Below, piece after piece: positions 58,583 through 64,000 of a DNA stretch of 64,000 bases; within the stretch, counting starts at the first letter, position 1; every line of letters starts with the position of its first letter. The DNA is taken from assembly GCA_002722525.1 (NCBI GenBank), contig PBMJ01000035.1, positions 15 to 64,014 on the forward strand, written 5' to 3'. The DNA comes from Acidimicrobiaceae bacterium (GTDB lineage: Bacteria; Actinomycetota; Acidimicrobiia; Acidimicrobiales; UBA8592). The notes under the pieces are model-generated. The model was given only the letters and a program-made list of their open reading frames with translations. It had not been told where the DNA came from and searched no databases. Position numbers and translations under genes: made by a program.

Positions 58583-59787
58583 GGCAAATACGGCATCGGA
58601 TCTACAGGAACGCCGCTAATCCTAATTTCGAAGTGAAGATGTGGGCCCGTTGAGAGTCCAGTTGTTCCGCATGTACCGATTTGTTCGCCAGTGAACACGT
58701 ATTGGTCGACATTGACGCTCCATGCATTTAAATGGGCGTACAAGCTAGAAATAGAGTTAGCATGATGCACAACGACTGTATTTCCATACCCACCATACAC
58801 CTCTGCAATAGTCACGATACCTTCTGTCGCTGCTCTAATTGGGTCCCCTGTTGAACATGGCATATCTACACCGTTATGCATTCGGACATATCCAAGGATC
58901 GGGTGAAGTCGCATTCCAAATCCTGAAGTGACTGCCCCACCACCAGGCCATACCCAACCTGATTCGCTAATTTGGCCAAGTCGGGCTTCTTGTTCCGCTT
59001 GACGTCTGGCTTCCTCTAGCTCTCTCGCAATTCGTTCTTCTTCTGCAACTATGTAATCTGTTATATCTTCCTGCTCTTGCACAGCTGTTGCAAGGACACT
59101 ATCCCAATGTGCTCTTCGAACATCTAATTCCTTTTTTAGTTCCTCTTGTACAGCTCTTTTTGCTTCCAGCTCTATTCGGACTTCTTCAAGTTCAGCTGTG
59201 ATGAGATCAGCTTCTTTTTCTGCTTCAGAAGCGGTTCCCAGAAGAGAATCACGCTCTTCTTGAATTAGCTTCAAACGATCAAGAACGTCGTTTGTATCGC
59301 TAGTTACAAAATCTAACAAGGCGATCTTATGGGCCGCTGTTGTTGCATCCTCAGCTTCAAACCAAGCTTCTGCACGCTGATCACTCAACCCAAGGTAAGA
59401 CTCTACTGCGTAGGCGACTGCTCTCTCTTCGAGAAGCTGGATCTCTTGAGCAATTTCTAAATACCCTTCTTGGGCAGCGACTTTTTCCTCCAGCGCTGAA
59501 TTAAGTCTTTGTTGAGCTGCTTGTTCTTTTGCTTCTTGAAGGTATACCAGGCTGGTAGCTGCTTCTAATGCTTTAACTATCTCTATATCTTCTGCTTCAA
59601 GAAGTGCAATTTCTGACTCCGCAGCTAATTCTCGCTCTCTAGCTCTTTCGCGTTCGTCTTTCGCTTGTTCGATTGTGTCCAGATCTTCTTGGCTTTGTGA
59701 AGCAGCAGAAGAGATAAAAAGCAAAGGAACTAATGCTGGTATTAACAAAAGTGCTAAGGCAACACGTGATTTACGCTTATAACCCAC
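58579..59787 (-). CDS. M23 peptidase with coiled-coil stalk (EnvC/murein-hydrolase-like)
   Basis: Signal peptide, long coiled coil, HNGVD, GYGN, YAHL, TGPHLHFE. Confidence 0.9.
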   Translation of the reverse strand: MGYKRKSRVALALLLIPALVPLLFISSAASQSQEDLDTIEQAKDERERARERELAAESEIALLEAEDIEIVKALEAATSLVYLQEAKEQAAQQRLNSALEEKVAAQEGYLEIAQEIQLLEERAVAYAVESYLGLSDQRAEAWFEAEDATTAAHKIALLDFVTSDTNDVLDRLKLIQEERDSLLGTASEAEKEADLITAELEEVRIELEAKRAVQEELKKELDVRRAHWDSVLATAVQEQEDITDYIVAEEERIARELEEARRQAEQEARLGQISESGWVWPGGGAVTSGFGMRLHPILGYVRMHNGVDMPCSTGDPIRAATEGIVTIAEVYGGYGNTVVVHHANSISSLYAHLNAWSVNVDQYVFTGEQIGTCGTTGLSTGPHLHFEIRISGVPVDPMPYLP

Positions 59788-59874
59788 GGATTAATGATAA
59801 CCGATCGAAGGGCTATATTGTCGTCGGGTGGAAATCACCTCAGATACTGGGGTTTGTCCCGATAAAGTGTACAA

Positions 59875-60852
59875 ATGGGTAGCCAAGTATTTGATGTTGA
59901 TCTATTAGCATTTGAACGAGGAAACGATCTTGAGAGGAAAAGTATTATAGATGGCGTCATGAGGAGCCTCGAAACTGGATTTGTGTATAGCGCACATGAT
60001 ATTTCTCAAAATTTCCTAGATGACGTGTATGGGAAACTCGATGAATTTTTTGCTATTACTCCAGATTTAAAGAAAACAGCAGTTGCCGAAGGGGCGAATG
60101 GCCAGAGGGGTTACACCGGACTACTAGTTGAGACAGCTGCCATCTCCGATATACCTGATTGGAAAGAAATGCTGAACTGGGGAATGGATACTCCAGAAGG
60201 CCATCCACTTCGGAAGAAATACCCTCACAGGTTCCACGATAATGTCTTCCCCGAAGATCTAGTTCCTGGCATAACAAAAACACTTGAAAAATTTCACGAA
60301 GAATTATTAAGATTACAACTGAGATTCTTAAGAATCATTGCACTTGGACTTGGCTGTCATGAGAACTTCTTTGATTTATGTGTACCGGGTGGGGCAACGC
60401 TATCACGAGCGATACATTATCCCGAGATGACTCTGGCTCCTACCGATTCGCACGTATGGGCTGATGAACATGGTGATATCAATCTGATCACCGCCTTGCC
60501 TCGTTCGACCGCTAAAGGGCTTCAGATTAAGACAGAGGATGGCTGGATTGATGCTTCACCTCCAGATAACCATCTAATTATTAACACCGGAATTATGCTT
60601 GAGCATTTAAGTAATGGGATCGTCCCTACCGGAATTCATAGGGTGGTCGCAGACTCGGACCAAATCGGAGATAGGCTATCAGTAGTGCAATTTTGTCATC
60701 CTGCACCGTGGACCATCCTGAGCCCACTTACCAGTTGCATCTCTCCAGAAAGACCCCAAAAGTTTGCCCCGATCACCGCGGCCGACCGCCTAGATCAGGT
60801 ACTTTGGGAAATTAATCTTCTCGAAGAAAGTCGAAGAGTGGACGATATCTAG
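59875..60852 (+). CDS. 2OG-Fe(II) oxygenase, isopenicillin-N-synthase family
   Basis: QRGY, HGD (HxD), GLQI, HRVV, RLS (RxS). Confidence 0.88.
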   Translation: MGSQVFDVDLLAFERGNDLERKSIIDGVMRSLETGFVYSAHDISQNFLDDVYGKLDEFFAITPDLKKTAVAEGANGQRGYTGLLVETAAISDIPDWKEMLNWGMDTPEGHPLRKKYPHRFHDNVFPEDLVPGITKTLEKFHEELLRLQLRFLRIIALGLGCHENFFDLCVPGGATLSRAIHYPEMTLAPTDSHVWADEHGDINLITALPRSTAKGLQIKTEDGWIDASPPDNHLIINTGIMLEHLSNGIVPTGIHRVVADSDQIGDRLSVVQFCHPAPWTILSPLTSCISPERPQKFAPITAADRLDQVLWEINLLEESRRVDDI

Positions 60853-60855
60853 ACT

Positions 60856-60889
60856 TTGACATCCTTTATAATTCTGTCATACTCAAGAA
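60856..60889 (+). promoter_or_regulatory. Sigma-70-type leaderless promoter
   Basis: TTGACA (60856-61)-N16-CATACT (60878-83, preceded by TG)-N6-ATG 60890. Confidence 0.6.
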
Positions 60890-61303
60890 ATGTCAACACT
60901 CCTTGCTAAAGCTAAATTAAAGCCAGAATTTGAAGACTTCTTCGAAAATATTGCTCGAAAAGTTTTTCGGTCTACTCATGATAATGAATCAGCAGTAGTC
61001 AGGTATGAATATTTCCGTGGTACTGATGAGCGTACATACTATGTCTTATTATCGTTTGAGAATTTTGACGGGTTTATGACACATCAAGTTGCTGATTACC
61101 ACCATAACGTAGATTTCATGGACTGCTTTGAAGAGTTTCGTCTTGAGTGGCTTGATCCTGTAAACGGTGCGTCGCCACTAGTGGAGTCAGAAACAGAGGG
61201 CACTGTTGATCCTTCTCACGATGACCTTTGGAACAATTATGTGAAGAACCACAGTGAAACTCCTCCCAAATGGTGGCTATCTCTAAGGTCCAGGAACTCC
61301 TAG
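60890..61303 (+). CDS. Antibiotic-biosynthesis-monooxygenase (ABM)-like dimeric alpha/beta barrel protein
   Basis: KPEFEDFFE...THDNE...RYEY.R, F..F..HQ.ADYH. Confidence 0.7.
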   Translation: MSTLLAKAKLKPEFEDFFENIARKVFRSTHDNESAVVRYEYFRGTDERTYYVLLSFENFDGFMTHQVADYHHNVDFMDCFEEFRLEWLDPVNGASPLVESETEGTVDPSHDDLWNNYVKNHSETPPKWWLSLRSRNS

Positions 61304-61382
61304 GTTTTAAGCTTCACTACGCTACAGAGAGTTTTGCTACTGAAGATGTCTGAGAGGTGCTATCTGCTTCTAGGATAACGCT

Positions 61383-62291
61383 ATGGGCTATACCGTTTCA
61401 GAGATATTTGAACCCAAACACTGGGATGAAGTTACCGATTTAAAATTCGAAGATATCACCTATCATCGGGCAAAAGATCACGGAACGGTTCGCATTGCAT
61501 TTAACCGTCCAGAGGTTCGAAACGCATTCAGGCCAAAGACTGTAGATGAACTATACCGGGCTTTGGACCACGCAAGGATGAGCACGGACATTGGCTGCGT
61601 GCTTCTGACAGGTAATGGGCCCTCGAATAAAGATGGCGGATGGGCGTTCTGTTCAGGAGGAGATCAACGCATACGGGGGAAAGACGGATACAGGTATGCC
61701 GAAGGTGAGACCTCCGAAACCATCGATCCTGCACGAGTAGGTCGTCTTCATATTCTCGAAGTCCAACGATTAATACGTAACATACCAAAGCCAGTCATCG
61801 CAGTAGTGCCTGGGTGGGCAGTTGGTGGTGGGCATAGTCTTCACGTAGTGTGTGACTTGACTATAGCCAGCAAAGAAAACGCTCTTTTCATGCAAACAGA
61901 CACTGATGTCGCAAGTTTTGATGGCGGATTTGGATCTGCCTATCTTGCAAAACACATCGGACAGAAATTTGCAAGAGAAATATTCTTTCTCGGCAATCAG
62001 TATTCTGCAGAAGAAGCCCACAGAATGGGTATGGTCAACGCCGTCGTTCCGCATGATTCATTAGAGGACGAAGCATTGCGGTGGGCATCGTTGATTAACC
62101 AAAAGTCACCGATGGCTAACCGGATGGCAAAATTCGCTATGAATCTTGTTGATGACGGACTTATTGGGCAGCAGGTGTTTGCTGGAGAAGCTACTCGCCT
62201 CGCATATATGACTGACGAGGCTGAAGAAGGACGAGATGCCTTTTTAGAGAAACGAGAACCTAATTGGGACAAATTCCCTTACCATTTTTGA
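61383..62291 (+). CDS. menB: 1,4-dihydroxy-2-naphthoyl-CoA synthase
   Basis: RPEVRNAFRP, FCSGGDQRIRG, GGGHSLHVVCD, SFDGGFGS, EEGRDAFLEKR. Confidence 0.96.
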   Translation: MGYTVSEIFEPKHWDEVTDLKFEDITYHRAKDHGTVRIAFNRPEVRNAFRPKTVDELYRALDHARMSTDIGCVLLTGNGPSNKDGGWAFCSGGDQRIRGKDGYRYAEGETSETIDPARVGRLHILEVQRLIRNIPKPVIAVVPGWAVGGGHSLHVVCDLTIASKENALFMQTDTDVASFDGGFGSAYLAKHIGQKFAREIFFLGNQYSAEEAHRMGMVNAVVPHDSLEDEALRWASLINQKSPMANRMAKFAMNLVDDGLIGQQVFAGEATRLAYMTDEAEEGRDAFLEKREPNWDKFPYHF

Positions 62292-62292
62292 T

Positions 62293-63549
62293 TTAGATTT
62301 TGTCGAATGTGAAATGAAGGTCCGTAAAGGATCGAAGAGTGAAGTTTAGATGATGTTGAAAGCTGTTTTTTTCGGGAGTAAAGGAAAAATTATTCATTCT
62401 TTCTAGAATCGTTTGAACAGCAATTCTCTGCTCAAGCCGAGTTAGGCCTGCTCCTGGGCAATGTGTCTCACCAAGTGAGAACGCAAGGTGGCGATGGCCG
62501 TTTGCACGGCTGATGTCAATGTCGACTGGACAACTGAATTGTCGTTCATCACGGTTAGCGGCAGCATACCTTATGTGTATGTGAGATCCTTTAGGGATCT
62601 CCACACCAGCAATTTCCGTATCTTCTGCTGCATGTCTATCCATCCCCTGTGTCGGAGATTCCAGTCGAAGAACTTCCTCCACGAAAGATCTAGCTTTTTC
62701 AGGGGCATCTCGTAATTCTTTTTGCAAAGTCGGATTTTGAATCAGTAACCACATACCAGAGGTTAAGGCAAAAGTTGTGGTCTCATTTCCTCCAATATAA
62801 AGGTGGTCAACCATATTGATGATCTCGGCATCGGTCAGCATTCGCGTTTCAGAATGAAGCTTTACTGGATTTTGAACTAGATAAGAGATGACGTCGTCTC
62901 CGGGGTTTTCTCTTCTTTGCTGTATGTGCTGGTGTATGTAGTGTTGAAATTCAACCATATGGCGAGCTGCTTGGCGTTCTTCCTCAGGAGTCAGCTGTAA
63001 AGAGAAAGGGGCGACCCAAGCTTCACTCCACACTTTCAATCTTTGTAGATCTTCTAGTGGGAAACCCATCATGATTGTAATAACCATTGAAGGTAACGGC
63101 TCTGCGAAACTTTTTACATACTCTACTTCACCATCGTCTATCCACTTATCAATGAGGTCATTTACAATCCCCGTAATTAAATCCGTTTGCTTCTCAGCTC
63201 CTAATACTGAAAAAAAATGGTCAACCATATCCCGGTAACGTCGGTGATCAGGGGGATTTGATCCAAGTACAGTTCTTTTTGGCCACCCTTCTTTGAAGGT
63301 TTCTAATGCTTCAGGATCTGACATTAAAGGACTAGTTTTTCCTGGCCCCCTGAGGAAGATGTCATTATTTCGAAGCACATGATAAATATCTTCATAACGA
63401 GTTAGGAAATATGTTTGAGTCTCAGGGACTTGGTATATCGGAGCTTCTTTGCGAAGAAGGTCGTAAGTCGGGTACCAGTTCTCTATTGCCTCAGGCGAAA
63501 AAACGTCGACGTCACTAATACTTTGAGGATTTCCAGGGCATTCAGACAA
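62293..63549 (-). CDS. Cytochrome P450
   Basis: I-helix GGNETT, EEVLR (ExxR), AANRD, heme motif FSLGETHCPG. Confidence 0.93.
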   Translation of the reverse strand: MSECPGNPQSISDVDVFSPEAIENWYPTYDLLRKEAPIYQVPETQTYFLTRYEDIYHVLRNNDIFLRGPGKTSPLMSDPEALETFKEGWPKRTVLGSNPPDHRRYRDMVDHFFSVLGAEKQTDLITGIVNDLIDKWIDDGEVEYVKSFAEPLPSMVITIMMGFPLEDLQRLKVWSEAWVAPFSLQLTPEEERQAARHMVEFQHYIHQHIQQRRENPGDDVISYLVQNPVKLHSETRMLTDAEIINMVDHLYIGGNETTTFALTSGMWLLIQNPTLQKELRDAPEKARSFVEEVLRLESPTQGMDRHAAEDTEIAGVEIPKGSHIHIRYAAANRDERQFSCPVDIDISRANGHRHLAFSLGETHCPGAGLTRLEQRIAVQTILERMNNFSFTPEKNSFQHHLNFTLRSFTDLHFTFDKI

Positions 63550-63581
63550 AGCTCCCCCCTGTTAAATAAAGTTCTCCTTTG

Positions 63582-64000
63582 TCATCGGGCGTCAAAGGCA
63601 ATGTGGAGCTCCTTTAAACCGCGAAGAACAAATGTGTCTTCATATTCAAAGTTGTTTCTTCCATTAATAAGTCGAATATTTTCCAGTCGCTCGAGTAATT
63701 GCTCTACTGCAACTCTGGCTTCAAGTCTTGCCAGCATAGCGCCGATGCAGAAATGTTCGCCGTGTCCGAAAGCTAAATGATCACGCGCGTTCTCTCGATC
63801 AACAGAAAAAGTGTCAGGCTGGCTGAACATGTCAGGGTCCCTATTAGCCGCTGCGAATATTAGCCATATGTGATCGCCTTCTCTTAGTTGCGTTTCACCG
63901 ACCGTTGTGTCTTCTTTCGCCATTCGGAAGAGACCACCAACAGGAGCTTCAAACCTGAGGCCCTCTTCAATAAAATTGTCAATCAGGCTTGGATCGTTCC
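63582..64000 (-). CDS. Cytochrome P450 (3' part; 5' end beyond window)
   Basis: FIEEGLRFEAPV at window edge, AANRDP, HLAFGHGEHFCIGAMLARLE. Confidence 0.92.
   Translation of the reverse strand, partial: NDPSLIDNFIEEGLRFEAPVGGLFRMAKEDTTVGETQLREGDHIWLIFAAANRDPDMFSQPDTFSVDRENARDHLAFGHGEHFCIGAMLARLEARVAVEQLLERLENIRLINGRNNFEYEDTFVLRGLKELHIAFDAR

Noticed and set aside
59875-61303. IPNS-like oxygenase plus ABM protein as an antibiotic biosynthesis cluster
   Set aside because: Both families are widespread; no NRPS, PKS or other scaffold genes; each gene has its own promoter signature.
1-64000. Numerous 60-180 aa antisense or out-of-frame ORFs in the track (e.g. 8290-8943 -, 6843-7391 -, 18117-18539 +)
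   Set aside because: They lie opposite well-supported genes and show no recognisable motifs; typical shadow ORFs.
1-64000. tRNA (including tRNA-Sec), rRNA, integrase/transposase or prophage genes
   Set aside because: None recognised; intergenic spaces are too short or are accounted for. Sec machinery, if present, must lie outside this window.

Overview
64 kb of gene-dense bacterial chromosome. Gene content (mycothione reductase, pgsA2-gcvH-FHA-MerR-DUF151-MerR synteny, DUF4193, tandem-domain ThyX, many TAnnnT-N6-start promoters) points to an actinobacterium; the visibly moderate GC and protein style suggest a marine/aquatic Acidimicrobiia (inference). Contents: tatC, thyX, TPP-riboswitch/thiBPQ, a lipid/steroid-type catabolic region (SDRs, TesB, DUF35-thiolase-crotonase, Liv-type ABC transporter), tandem glycine riboswitch/gcvP, mtr, aroC, gcvT, gcvH, leuS, murF, menB and two P450s. 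No rRNA, tRNA, CRISPR or mobile element was seen. Best findings: (1) a selenoprotein missed by the ORF track, an AhpD/CMD-like gene at 54896/54905-55771 with an in-frame UGA in a CxxU motif and a SECIS-like hairpin, fused to a second Cys-free AhpD-like domain; (2) a 1.9-kaa secreted protein with both an intact subtilisin and an intact trypsin domain, the trypsin nested inside an FN3 domain; (3) an RPH/PEP-utiliser-like protein lacking its ATP-grasp domain; (4) a DUF35 partner lacking all Zn ligands; (5) a TPP riboswitch that appears to lack P1; (6) a MerR promoter with paired DnaA-like boxes and a possible autoregulatory palindrome. All family assignments are from motif recognition, not database searches.
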